From Eledone cirrhosa (lineage: Eukaryota), in contig OZ024740.1 of NCBI GenBank assembly GCA_964016885.1, positions 211,792,001-211,856,000 of the forward strand: a stretch of 64,000 nucleotides of DNA. The letters are read 5' to 3'. A program made the position numbers and the translations under genes. The notes under the pieces are model-generated. The model saw only the letters and a list, made by a program, of their open reading frames with translations. It made no database searches and was not told the DNA's origin. Of the stretch, positions 36,207 to 48,233 are shown in pieces (the first letter of the stretch is position 1; every line of letters begins with the position of its first letter).

Positions 36207-38551
36207 TCACCAAATATCGCGAGAGAGTTGTTGAAGCACACCTCCAACTCCGAAATCGGATGCATCAGTCAATAAACACATTGGGGCGTCAGGTTTGGGG
36301 TAACTCAGCATTGTAGCCTCGGACAACATTTTCTTCAACTCAGCGAAAGCGGTACATTCTTTTTCGCTTTTATTGATGTTTGCGTTTATGGTTGTACGCT
36401 GCCGCAGCAAATCTGTGAGTGGTTGGGCTGTCTCTGCACAATGGGGTATAAATCTTCTGTAGAAGTTTACCAGGCTAAGAAATTCTCGCAGTTTGCGGAG
36501 AGATGTTGGTTGTGGAAAATCAATGATGGATTTGACTTTCTCCTTAAGTGGGCGAATACCATCTTTGTCAATGATGTGTCCCAGAAAATGAAGGGACGCA
36601 ACTCCGAACTCACTGGGGTTGATAACAATTCCGTATTCACGCAAACGTGTGAATAGGAGATCCAGGTGTTTCTCATTTACTTCATCGGAGCTGCTGGCCA
36701 CCAGTAAGTCGTCAATGTATGCGTATACAAAAGGTAGACCTCTGGTGACTGTATCAATGAATCGCTGGAATGTCTGCGCTGCATTTCGCAAACCGAAAGT
36801 CATACGCAGAAATTCGAACATTCCAAAGGGTGTTGTGATGGCGGTCTTAGGAATATCTGCGGGCTCAACGGATATCTGATTGTAAGCTCGCACAAGATCG
36901 ATCTTCGAAAATATGCGAGCCCCGTGTACCGAGCTAGAGAAGTCCTGTAGATGAGGTCAGGAACGGTGCAGTTGTTCAGTGCACGGTAGTCGCCACAGAT
37001 TCGCCAGTCGTTCGACGACTTCTTGGGTACACAGTGTATGGGTGAGGACCAGTTGCTGCTGGACGGACGTATGATGCCGAGATCCAGCATGTGCTGAAAT
37101 TCTTGTTTAACGGACTTCAGCCGGTCTGGTGGTAGCCTTCTAGGTCGTGCAGCGACAGGTGGGCCGTGTGTTTTTATGTGGTGTGTGACCTCATGTTTTA
37201 CAGAGCAAGCGTTGAATAGTGGTCGAGCTACGTCTGGGTATTTGTTGATGATGTGGTTGTGCCGGGTTGTTGTTGTCGATCGTGAAATGACTGGACTGAC
37301 TGTGGCTGTCCTAGCGGCTATGCCGCGCACAGCGAGACCAGTGGAGTTGTCAACGAGTCGTTGGTTTTTCAGGTCCACTAGCAGCGAGAAGTGCTGAAGA
37401 AAGTCAGCTCCTAAAATAGGGGTCGGCAGCTTAGCCACGACGAATACCCACTCGAAAGTGCGGTGGAGTCCCAAAATTAGTGTCAGGGACTGTTCTCCGT
37501 AGGTCGGAATATGTGAGTCATTCACCGTCTGGAGCCAGGCTGGTGTCTCTCTCCTTTTTCCAGGAACGCAGGAAACCGGGATGATGCTGACTTCAGCACC
37601 GGTGTCGACCAGGAAACGCGTGCCTGTGACGCGATCCTGTATGAAAAATAGGCGACTTTGGTTATGAGGACCAGAAACGTCCGTCGCATTCAGTTTCTGG
37701 CTGTGTCGTTTCCCTGATTCGACAAATGAACAGGGATGACTGCACTTTTGCGCTTGTCTCCCGAATTTTTGGTGGTACCAACACATTTCTGGTGAATCTC
37801 GAGATGCGCTCGGACTTCTTGAGCGACCACCAAATCGGCGAGGTGGACTGTTGGACCGACGCGTGGCAGGGTTTCCCAGTGACAAGGCCTGAATTTGTTG
37901 CGTCAAGGCCTCTATCTGTGTTGCTTGCTGTGCCAGTAACTGGTGTAGATCGGGCATCTCTGTGGAACTGGAGGGCTGAAGGAAAGGATTGGTGGGAGGC
38001 ACGGCTGGAGTTGCGTGCGGATGTGGTACCTCCACGATCTTATCTGGCAGCTTGGCGAGTTCTTCTATGGTGGTGGACTCCCTGGTGGATGCTAGTAAAA
38101 CTTGTGTGGCAGAAGGCAAACGCTGGGGGAAGAGTTGCTTGAAAATTTCATCCGGGAGTTTATGTTCTCCCAGGAGCTGCTTCATTCGCCGTAGGAATTG
38201 CGTCGGCTTTTTATCTCCTAATTCCTCTGATATGAGGAGTTGGTGCAAGCGCTTCTGCTGCGACTCCGACGTCCGCTTAATTAATGTTGTTTTAAATGTG
38301 TCATATGACAGAGAGCCGGGTGGTGCTAAAATGAGGTCTCGAACCTCATTCATAATATCCGGAGACATCGAACCGATGACATGTGTGAGACGGGATGCCT
38401 CGCTAACGATCCGGTTCGATGCGAACTGCGCTTCGATGTGCGCGAACCACAGTGTTGGATCGTGCACCCAGAATGGTGGAATTCTTAATGTAAATGCCGC
38501 CCGGACTGCCATTTCTGCCGTAGATGAATCGTCGTATGCTAGAGACATCAT
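36207..38551 (-). pseudogene. gag-pol polyprotein, frameshifted and truncated
   Basis: ORFs 36800-38551 and 36207-36893. The expected DRYPIP motif is deleted (VPD|LIYR). Confidence 0.9.
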
Positions 38552-38588
38552 TTGTAGTGGATAATCAGAAGGTTGTGTGTCTGTTTTA

Positions 38589-38599
38589 CGGGGTCACCA
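38589..38599 (-). promoter_or_regulatory. Primer binding site, tRNA-Trp type
   Basis: TGGTGACCCCG lies 2 nt after the LTR CA end and is complementary to the eukaryotic tRNA-Trp 3' end. Confidence 0.8.
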
Positions 38600-39367
38600 A
38601 TTGTAATGGAATAATTGTGTGGTTGTAACGATAAGTGGATGGATGTAACTGTTGGTATGGTGGTTTCGATGTAAAGAAAAATACCAGGATTGTGTTGTTA
38701 CAAAGTTTATTTTATTATAACAATATTCAAGTTGAATATTGGATGATAAAATCAATAACACAAAATATTCGTACAATAATTTGGTGGCTCTTCGAGCCAC
38801 GTAAATACAAGTATCACAGAATATAAGATTATAATATAATTTGTATAGCATCCAAAAGATACAACGTGAATAAACAGAAAGGGTGAGTGTGAAGATGCAA
38901 ACAGTGTGAACTTACTATGAATGCGTGTGTGCGTATCAGTATAGTTGCTTGTTTTAGTAGTAGGAGTCAGCGATGAGCCAGGCAGGTGAGAATAAGTGGT
39001 AGACTGTTTTTTTGTGACGAGAGCTTGTAAATGCGACTTGTCTTGTCTGTATATCACTTCTTTTCTCCCGGGGCGTAAACAACCCCCGTATTTATAAGGG
39101 TTGAAGTTAGAAGGATAGATATATCCTCTGAACTTCGGTTAGATCTCCCAAGGGATTAGTTTGCCAAGCGTAAACAAGTCAGAAAGATGGATATATCCTC
39201 TGACCTATTTTCTGTCAGGCGTAAACACCTCTGACCTGTGTTTAGCCTCTCCCAAGGGGTTAGTCTCCTGAGCGTAAACAACTTACCACGGCTTGTCCCA
39301 GAAGCGGGAAAATTCAGATTCGGTTTCGAATCTTCGCCGTCGTTATATATATATTAGCTATAAACAG

Positions 39368-39934
39368 AAGTTGTCAACGAGTCGTTGGTTTTTCAGGTCC
39401 ACTAGCAGCGAGAAGTGCTGAAGAAAGTCAGCTCCTAAAATAGGGGTCGGCAGCTTAGCCACAACGAATACCCACTCGAAAGTGCGGTGGAGTCCCAAAT
39501 TTAGTGTCAGGGACTGTTCTCCGTAGGTCGGAATATGTGAGTCATTCACCGCCTGGAGCCAGGCTGGTGTCTCTCTCCTTTTTCCAGGAACGCAGGAAAC
39601 CGGGATGATGCGGACTTCAGCACCGGTGTTGACCAGGAAACGCGTGCCTGTGACGCGATCCTGTATGAAAAATAGGCGACTTTGGTTATGAGGGCCAGAA
39701 ATGTCTGTCGCATTCAGTTTCTGGCTGTGTCGTTTCCCTGATTCGACAAATGAACAGGGATGACTGCACTTTTGCGCTTGTCTCCCGAATTTTTGGTGGT
39801 ACCAACACATTTCTGGTGAATCTCGAGATGCGCTCGGACTTCTTGAGCGACCACCAAATCGGCGAGGTGGACTGTTGGACCGACGCGTGGCAGGGTTTCC
39901 CAGTGACAAGGCCTGAATTTGTTGCGTCAAGGCC
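39368..39934 (-). mobile_element. Isolated second copy of the Gypsy gag-protease segment
   Basis: Matches 37345-37910 with about 9 substitutions, including catalytic DTG to NTG. Confidence 0.92.
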
Positions 39935-40079
39935 ATACAGCAGGTACTATTCGAGTTGTTTACTCTTTTACTCTTTACTCTTTTACCTGTTCCAGCAATC
40001 CGGCTGAGGCTTATAAATATATTTATGGTGGAATTATCTGTTGAAACAGCAAGAGTTCAGCCGTTGGGGCCCTGACTCT

Positions 40080-40124
<45 letters not shown>

Positions 40125-40277
40125 GCATATAGAAAGATAGAAATGAAATTCTAGGCTAAATTAAGTTATTATAGAATGTTGATTCCATCGCTCTATTTAC
40201 TTATATATGCGGTGACTAAGTCTATTTTTCCATACCATTTCCTTAAAAGTATCTCTTATTCTTCCAACCATTATTAC

Positions 40278-40650
40278 ATTGGCAGTATCGGTAGAGAGTC
40301 GGACGCCATGCTTTGACGCATAGAGTTACGGTCCTTGCCATTCTGAGTTCAAATCCCGCCGAGGTTAACTTTGCCTTTCATCCTTACGGGGTCGATAAAA
40401 TAAAGTACCAGTAATGCACTGGTTAAATTGCTGGCCTTGTGCCAAAAAGTAGAAACAATTATTACATAAACACACAATCGGTAGAGAGTCGGGCGCCATG
40501 CTTTCCAGCATAGTTATGTCCCTTTACGGTCTGAGTTCAAATCCCGCTGAGGTTAACTTTGCCTTTCATCCTTACGGGGTCGATAAAATAAGGTACCAGT
40601 AATGTACTGGATAATTGCTGGCCTTGTGCCAAAAAGTAGAAACAATTATT
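40278..40650 (+). mobile_element. Two tandem tRNA-derived SINEs with Nin/Deu-like core
   Basis: Each has gagttcaaatcccgc (B box), aactttgcctttcatccttacggggtcgataaaat and the tail tagaaacaattatt. Further copies are at about 2615, 5345(-), 6010, 25010(-), 49140 and 53670(-). Confidence 0.85.
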
Positions 40651-40674
40651 ACATAAATACACTATCATATATCA

Positions 40675-41349
40675 TGTTCTGTCTATTTAGTTGCTAACCT
40701 GTAGGTGTTGTTTTCCATACAGTAACGGTAAAACTCATGTGAGTTTTACCGTTACTGTATGGAAATCAACACCTACAGGTTAGCAATTAAATAGAAAGAA
40801 CACTAAGTCAGAATCAAATCTCCGAAGTAGAGTTTTAAATTACCAACCTTATAACTATAAGCATGCTGATACGAATCTATTTCGTTTCGCCACTGAAATG
40901 TGTAGTGTTTAAAGTCCACAGAGTCCACAGTCAGCAAGTGTGGAATTGTTTGCTACACATCTCGCTACACATCTCGCTGAATATACACGCTGCCCAGAGC
41001 AGGGCGAAAACACGTGTTATTTGCATCAAATAACGGCTCTCATGAATTGGGGGAAAATGCTAGAGAGGAGAGCCCAACAATTCGAATTTATTAGCTCAAC
41101 AATTTGGAGCTCGTTAATTATACAAGCATCGGAAATAGAGTATTCCGCAGTTCACAGTAATAATAATATTAGCTCAAAGAAGAACAGAGAAATTTCAACT
41201 GAGCTCGAATACAAATATATTACACAGAGAGAAGTGTGTTACACAGTGAGATGTGTGTAAAGAATTATTACATGTGAGTTTTACCGTTACTGTATGGAAA
41301 ACAACACCTACAGGTTAGCAATTAAATAGAAAGAACACTAAGTCAGAAT

Positions 41350-41354
<5 letters not shown>
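40675..41354. mobile_element. Fold-back mini-element: 128-bp palindrome plus an 83-bp direct repeat of its right arm
   Basis: The palindrome spans 40675-40802. 40737-40819 is repeated at 41272-41354, which is followed by (TA)n. Confidence 0.7.
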
Positions 41355-41412
<58 letters not shown>

Positions 41413-41753
41413 CGGCGTTGAATTAGTTTTGCGAGGTTTTTTATATGAAATCGTGTGTCGAAACAAATATTGTTATACATACAAATATTGTTATATATAC
41501 ACATATATTGTTATACATACAAATACATACAAATATAAATAAATACATACACAAGCACAATAACAACAAACACATAAACACACACTAGTCACCCAATCAC
41601 GAACACACATCAAACAAAACACTATACACACACGCAAACGCATGCGAAAAGAAGACAAAATAAAATAAACAAACAAGCAAATAAATAAATAAATATATAG
41701 ACAGACTAAATAAAAATGGCGTAGACATACAATGCAACGGGAGGAAACAATAG

Positions 41754-41796
41754 CACCACTGACGATGTTGCAGATGTGCAACGAAAGATTTATGAT
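41754..41796 (+). ncRNA. Degenerate hammerhead-like fold
   Basis: CTGACGA-t-gttgca-gatg-tgcaac-GAAA has a perfect 6-bp stem II. Stems I and III are imperfect. Confidence 0.45.
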
Positions 41797-41993
41797 AAAC
41801 TATATATACGTGTTTGTGTCTATATTGTATCTGTATTATTTTTGACCGTTGGTCAGTCAATGGCAACATTGAGGACCGAGTAACTTAGATTACCGATATA
41901 AAAGACACAGAAGCGAAAAGCGAAAACCAACCAAACAGTGAGTGTGTTCTGTTATTAATTCTGGCAATATTACACAAATATGACACTCCCCAA

Positions 41994-41994
41994 G

Positions 41995-42089
<95 letters not shown>
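41994..42089. repeat. (TA)n(TG)n compound microsatellite
   Basis: Dinucleotide runs. Confidence 0.95.
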
Positions 42090-42091
<2 letters not shown>

Positions 42092-42471
42092 CCTGGGTTC
42101 AATCAGAGGTAACCACAGTAAGGTACTCAATACATATTATATCACAAAAAGTGATCTTCTCTGTGTCCAATATGCCCATATCACCAATGGGAGGCTGAAC
42201 GGTGGGTGAGGACAATTATAGTTTAAAAATTTTAGTTTGTATTACTATTAGTATTGCCAATACAATTTAGTACATATTAGTATTACTAATACAGTAATAC
42301 GATACAATATATATCAGCAAAATGATGTCAAACTTTTATAAGAGTTTCTGAAAAAAACAATGAAATAATTTTTAATAAATTTATGAAGAAATGAACTAAA
42401 ATTAATTTTTTCTCAAAATGTCATTGTAAAACCAGGAGACTAACAAATACTATATATATATAATGTGTATA

Positions 42472-43046
42472 CAATGATATTAAATAAATGGAAACTATAT
42501 TTATAAAACCATATTTATTCTATTATATATATTTCAAGGGTACCAAAAACTTTGGTACGCTTTCATCAGATAAAATACAAAGTGTGTTTTATAAATTTTG
42601 ACATAGCCAAGGAACATGCCTTATCAGTTGAATTTTGCCTGGATAGTGAATTTAAAGAACGGATTTTTCAAAATTGTTAGGCTGAGTATGCAAGTGAATA
42701 TGTAAATGATGTTGAGGTATATGATTGAAAAACCGTTATTTTAAACGCTATGGAAAATTTAGATATATGTTTATATTAGTAGGAGAGAAAGAAAGAAAAG
42801 GAAAAAGAAAAAGAAAAAGAAGACCACTTATATACGTTAACTTTTGGGAAAAAAATGTGAATATTTACGTATATTATGTATATACTTATATGGAGAATTA
42901 TGTTTGTAAGTATTTATCAAAATTTATAAAACACACTTTGTATTTTATCTGATGAAAGCGTACCAAAGTTTTTGGTACCCTTGAAATATATATAATAGAA
43001 TAAATATGGTTTTATAAATATAGTTTCCATTTATTTAATATCATTG
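42472..43046. mobile_element. Element with 130-bp inverted terminal arms, each carrying a hammerhead fold
   Basis: 42472-42601 is the reverse complement of 42917-43046, with an AT-rich 315-bp spacer between them. Confidence 0.8.
42941..43002 (+). ncRNA. Type I hammerhead ribozyme fold (mirror copy at 42516-42577, - strand)
   Basis: tattttat-CTGATGA-aag-c-gtaccaaa...tttggtac-c-ctt-GAAAT-ATAT-ATA-atagaata. It has an 8-bp stem I and a long stem II. Confidence 0.72.
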
Positions 43047-43176
43047 AATATTTACTCCAGAAAACTGTCGAGTGCTCTGAATCAGTTATAAACATTTATT
43101 TTTGTTGAATTTCCAACAAATTAAATATCCCTTCTGCTTATAATGTGTGTGTATATATATATATATAGATATATAT

Positions 43177-43784
43177 GGTATTAGGATTGGAGCTCTTAAA
43201 TAGCGATGTATACGTGAACGTATGTATAGTATATTTGGCAATATACCGTATGTTTAATTAAACACATTTTGAAGACCTTACGCTATCATTTTTAAAGTAG
43301 TGACTTTGTCACTTACTTCTTTTCGACGAAAAAAGGGAGAGAAGCTAACAAACAGTCTGTTTCACGCTGTTGGCGATCATCAGAGTTACGTACTCCCCGC
43401 CTTCGCCGAAAATTATAGAAGCTGGATTATTATAGAATTCCAGTAATAACCAGGAGTTGATTATACAGAGCGATTGCTGATCCAGCAAAAATTAGGTATT
43501 AGGATTGGTGCCCTGAAATAGCGCTGGACCGGCAATCGCTCTGTATAATCAGCTCCTGATTATTACTAGAATTCTATAAGAATTCAGCTTCTATAATTTT
43601 CGGGGAAGGCAGGGAGCACGTAGCTCTGATGATCGCCAGCAGCGTGAAACAGACTGTTTGTTAGCTTCTCTCCCTTCTTTCGACGAAAAGAAGTAAGTGA
43701 CAAAGTCACTACTTTGAAAATGATAGCGTAAGGTCTTCAAAATGTTTTTAATTAAACATACGGTATATTGCCAAATATACTATA
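43177..43784. mobile_element. Fold-back mini-element with about 260-bp arms between (TA)n tracts
   Basis: 43225-43486 is inverted at 43523-43784. There is a short direct repeat at 43177-43206 / 43496-43523. Confidence 0.8.
43622..43666 (+). ncRNA. Type I hammerhead-like fold (mirror copies near 43343-43387 and 47070-47115)
   Basis: agct-CTGATGA-t-cgc-cagca-gcg-t-GAA-ACAGAC-t-GTTTGT-T-agct. Confidence 0.6.
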
Positions 43785-43792
43785 TATATATA

Positions 43793-46700
43793 CTAGCAGA
43801 AGTACCCGGCGTTGCCCGGGTGTAAGTCGACCTTTGCTCTGTTGTTAAAATGTGTGAAAGTTACTTCCCGCGCATCACAGGTGCAAAAACCTTCGAACCT
43901 CAAGGAAAAAAACAGAGGTTAGTAGACGCAGGTGTGTAATTAAGTATAAATAATGGATCAGTTGTAGGTTCACAGTGTATCGTTGAAATTGTTCTTTGCA
44001 CGACTGACGGAAGTCAAATTCACTTGAAATTGAATTTTCAGTTGATTTTTAAAGAAGGGTGAAAAAGTCGATTTTTTCACAGTTTTTTTTTTTTTACAAT
44101 TTTAGCGCTCACATGTGCAGAAGAAGAAATAAAAGGGACTTTATCTGAACTGCGGCATAATGGCGAGTCTTTTGCGACAGTTTTCAATAAAATCGGACGT
44201 TCCTGTAAAACGTTTTCCCATGTGCAACTTTGGTCCTTCACGAGTGCCATGGCTCACCATGCGGAATCCCTGCAACCGTCAATCCCGGCCATCTCCCTTC
44301 CCTGCACACCGTCGACCGAACTGCATCGTTATGCCTCACCCTGCCGCATCCATGATCTGTCAGCCGCCATCCCCTCCTCAGCCCTTTATTTTGCCTGCCC
44401 GCCGTGCTCCTTCAAGACTGCCATGCCTAACCAAGCCGCATCCCTGCCACCGTCAAACCCTGCTCTCTCCCTTGCCCGCACGCCTTGGTCCCTCACGACT
44501 GCCATGGCTCACCATGCGGCATTCCTGCCCTGTCAGTAACTTGCTCAAATGTCATCAACATGGTTTATTCCTGCGCCGCACATAACCGCCCATTATCTCA
44601 GACCAAAGACAACACCGAACATGAAGACGATCCTGTGTAAGTCTTTTTACATTCAGTTTGACCATATTTAACAAAATTAAACAAAAATTCATCCCTTTCT
44701 CCTCCAAAGCCTACCGATCATGTATGGCCGATAAACATCCTGCCTTGCACCCGGTTTTCTCAAACAATCATCGTGCCTCCCGGGGTGCTCTCTACATTCC
44801 CGAGGTGCAACTCAATTGGCATGCCGCATTCCCGCCCTGTCAGCCGCCATGCACCCTGCCTTTTCGTCATGCCTCATCATGTTGCATCCCTGCCCTGTCA
44901 GCCGTCATCCACTCCCCGATCCACTGCCTAAGCATGGCAGTCTTGAGGGACCAAGTCGCATTTCTGCCACCGCCAACCCCTGCCCTCTTCCTTCTCTGCA
45001 CGCCGTCGTCCCACTGCATCGTCATGCATCAGGATGCCGCATCCATGCACTGTCAGCCACCATCCCCTCCTCGGCCCTTTCTTTTGCCTGACCGCCGTAC
45101 TCCTTCAAGACTCCCATGGCTATCTATGCCCCATCAATTCCTTTCCACCTGCTTAAACGTCATCAGCATGGCTTATTTTTGCCCCATTTGACCACCGATT
45201 TTCGCAGGCTAAACACAATACCAACGTGCACGATAGTCCATGGCAAATCTTTTTAATTACATGTTCATCATGCTAAGCAAAGGATGAATAGCAACTCTTT
45301 CATTTCTCCTGACCTGCCTTTCTGTCAATTATGGCCGAGAAGCATCCTGTGTAGCATCGCGTCTTCTCAAGCTATCAGCGTGCCTTCCACTGTCCTCATA
45401 ATTGACTCACAACGCCGCATCTATTCCCTGCGACGCCCCTAAACATCATCAGCATGGCTTATTTTTCTGCCGCGTTTAACCGGCCCTCATTCTAGGCCAT
45501 AAACAACAAAACCGCACGATGATGCTGCGTAAGTCTATTTAAATTAATGGTCAACATGTTCAGCAAAGCAATTGTACCAATTCTTCCACTTCACCTCCAA
45601 GGCTTATCCATTACATCTTAGGGTCGGGGTTTGCAATTTCTACGATTTCAATATTGACACAACAGTCCGCCAGATCTTTTGGCACATGTTGCTCCGATAG
45701 GAATATCAACGTGATTTTCACTTAATTCGTAAGTGTTCAGTCTTCCGTATGCTTTTATTTTTTATTGATACAACACCGACTACAATCATCTAACTTCACT
45801 TTGTAGGCTAGACGCGAATCACAAGGAAAACAATCCTCTGATATACAACCCCACCAAATTCTTTGGTCTACCTAAATTTCAATGGCTATATCCTTTGCTT
45901 TTGTACGGTTATATATTTGACAATGTCGCAAAACATTATTCCACTTGATTCTTACCTTTCAGCTATGAATTGGGCAGTGCCTTAACATCCAGGTTTATTT
46001 GCGTGCAATTTTTTGGTATCTTATGAATGGAGAATCAAAAACCCTTTTTCTCATAACCTGATACATGCGTTACACATGCTCCATGGATGTTTGTGGACTA
46101 TTTTATCACAGATTGGAGCACAAAAAGAAACGTTTGTTCTTCATTTATTTCGGTTAAAGCATCCTGCTGGAATTTAGTGCAGACCCGTTTAAATCCATTG
46201 CCTTATAACCCCGAGTGTAACCAGGTACACCAGCTAGAAAGACAAATGGAAACATTGTTTCCTCGGTCCGATTTGACGAGAGTCGATTTAGTTCCACAAC
46301 AAATTAACAAACCATACTTGAAGACACGTTGAGGCTGTTGCAAAGGGCAATAACCCTAGACACAATTTTGATCAACTTTTTTTCACCTATAGCAAATTTA
46401 CCGGAAAGGTTTTTAGCTACTCAAATCTACTTCAGAGGTCACGCATTCATGTAAAAAATCAATAAAACTGAAGCGGGGTTCGACTTTGCGCAAAAAACAA
46501 GGCAAAGTTGCACATGGGTGAACTTTTTACAGTAACGTTCGATTTTATTGAAAACTGTCGCAAAAGACTCGCCATTATGCCGCGGTTCAGATAAAGTCCC
46601 CTTTATTTCTTCTTCTGCACATGTGAGCGCGAAAATTGTAAAAAAAAAAAAAACTTAAAAAAAAATCGACTATTTCACCCTGCTTTAAAAATCAACTGAA

Positions 46701-46944
46701 AATTCAATTTCAAGTGAATTTGACTTCCGTCAGTCGTGCAAAGAACCATTTCAACGATACACTGTGAACCTACAACTGATCCATTATTTATACTTAATTA
46801 CACACCTGCGTCTACTAACCTCTGTTTTTTTCCTTGAGGTTCGAAGGTTTTTGCACCTGTGATGCGCGGGAAGTAACTTTCACACATTTTAACAACAGAG
46901 CAAAGGTCGACTTACACCCGGGCAACGCCGGGTACTTCTGCTAG
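43793..46944. mobile_element. Helitron-derived segment bounded by two inverted Helitron 3' ends
   Basis: Both ends read outward as cccgggcaacgccgggtacttctgCTAG|T. Degenerate GC-rich repeated modules lie inside at 44233-45560. Confidence 0.75.
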
Positions 46945-47904
46945 TATATATATATAGTATATTTGGCAATATACCGTATGTTTAATTAAAAACATTTTGA
47001 AGACCTTACGCTATCATTTTCAAAGTAGTGACTTTGTCACTTACTTCTTTTCGTCGAAAGAAGGGAGAGAAGCTAACAAACAGTCTGTTTCACGCTGCTG
47101 GCGATCATCAGAGCTACGTGCTCCCTGCCTTCCCCGAAAATTATAGAAGCTGAATTCTTATAGAATTCTAGTAATAATCATAATATATATACATATATAT
47201 GTATGAAGAGATATATTTGATATATCTCATATGAAATAAATACAGCCAATTTCCCACACAATGCAATTAGTTAGCACCCCGAACGTTTAATTAGGAATAT
47301 ACACTCTTATTTCCTAATGTTTGTTGAGTGAGTTGGGATTTGGCCGGAGTATCGCTATTAGCTTTCTCCGATAATATATATATATAAGTTAAAACAATGA
47401 AATAAAAAATCAAATCATTAGAAATATACTTCACTGCTTTACGATTGTTTTTAGGTGATGATAACACATAGTAACTATACTTCGATATCGATCTATGTAA
47501 GGTTAGTTACAAAATATCAGATAAAGAGAATATTTACTTACATGCATATCACCAGCTGTTTTCAAAAGCAATAATAATTTTATTCAAAATTAGTAGTAAA
47601 TTAGTATTATGTTTAGTTCTATGACCTTGTTTGGAGGTAGTTGAAGAACTAACCAACCAGATTGTTTTTTCTATATGATGTGAAGATGAAAAATAATTCT
47701 CTTTAGTTGAGGTCATGACGGTAAACCCCAAATTTCATGCCTTGTGCCTATAGTAGAAATGATTATAACTGGTGAAAATCATCGCCCTCCACCACGTTTG
47801 GACCACTGAGCCTCTCCTCCAGGACGTAATGGCCCTTTTGTGTCCTTGAGTTTGAGACCCCTCTTCTACACACATACACACACACACACACACACATATA
47901 TATA

Positions 47905-48170
47905 CATTTTACTTTTTTTCTGTCACTGGACTACGTCCATGCTGGAGCATCCCCTTGGTAAGTTATGGGGACGTCAACAAACCAACAAGCATTGGTGGGA
48001 GGCCAAACACAAACGCAAAGACACACACAGACATATATACATATATACGACGGGCTTATTTTAGTTTCGGTGTATTAAATCCACTCACAGGGCTTTGGTC
48101 GGCCCGGTCAATGGAACTGAACCCGGAAACATGTGGTTGTGAAGCAAGCTTCTTGTCACACTACGCATAT
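47905..48170 (-). mobile_element. tRNA-derived SINE of a second family (octopus-type)
   Basis: Reverse tRNA-like head gaacccggaaacatgtggttgtgaagcaagcttc and body atatacgacgggctt...ggctttggtcggcccg. Family assignment is from recall. Confidence 0.6.
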
Positions 48171-48233
48171 ATATATATATAGAATAAGAAAATGCGAAGT
48201 AGTTTCATATGTTAAAGTCCTTCATTGATAATG

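Larger units (their letters stand above)
36207..39347 (-). mobile_element. Gypsy/Ty3 LTR retrotransposon, 3'-truncated in RNase H
   Basis: LTR at 38602-39347 and PBS TGGTGACCCCG. Gag IPPFWVHDPTLWF and CWYH...C..PC, protease FLVDTGAEVS, RT YIDD and RNase H LTDAS. Frameshift near 36955. No integrase or 3' LTR. Confidence 0.93.

Noticed and set aside
40330-40365. tRNA gene suggested by the gagttcaaatccc T-loop
   Set aside because: No full cloverleaf is present. It is the head of a multi-copy SINE.
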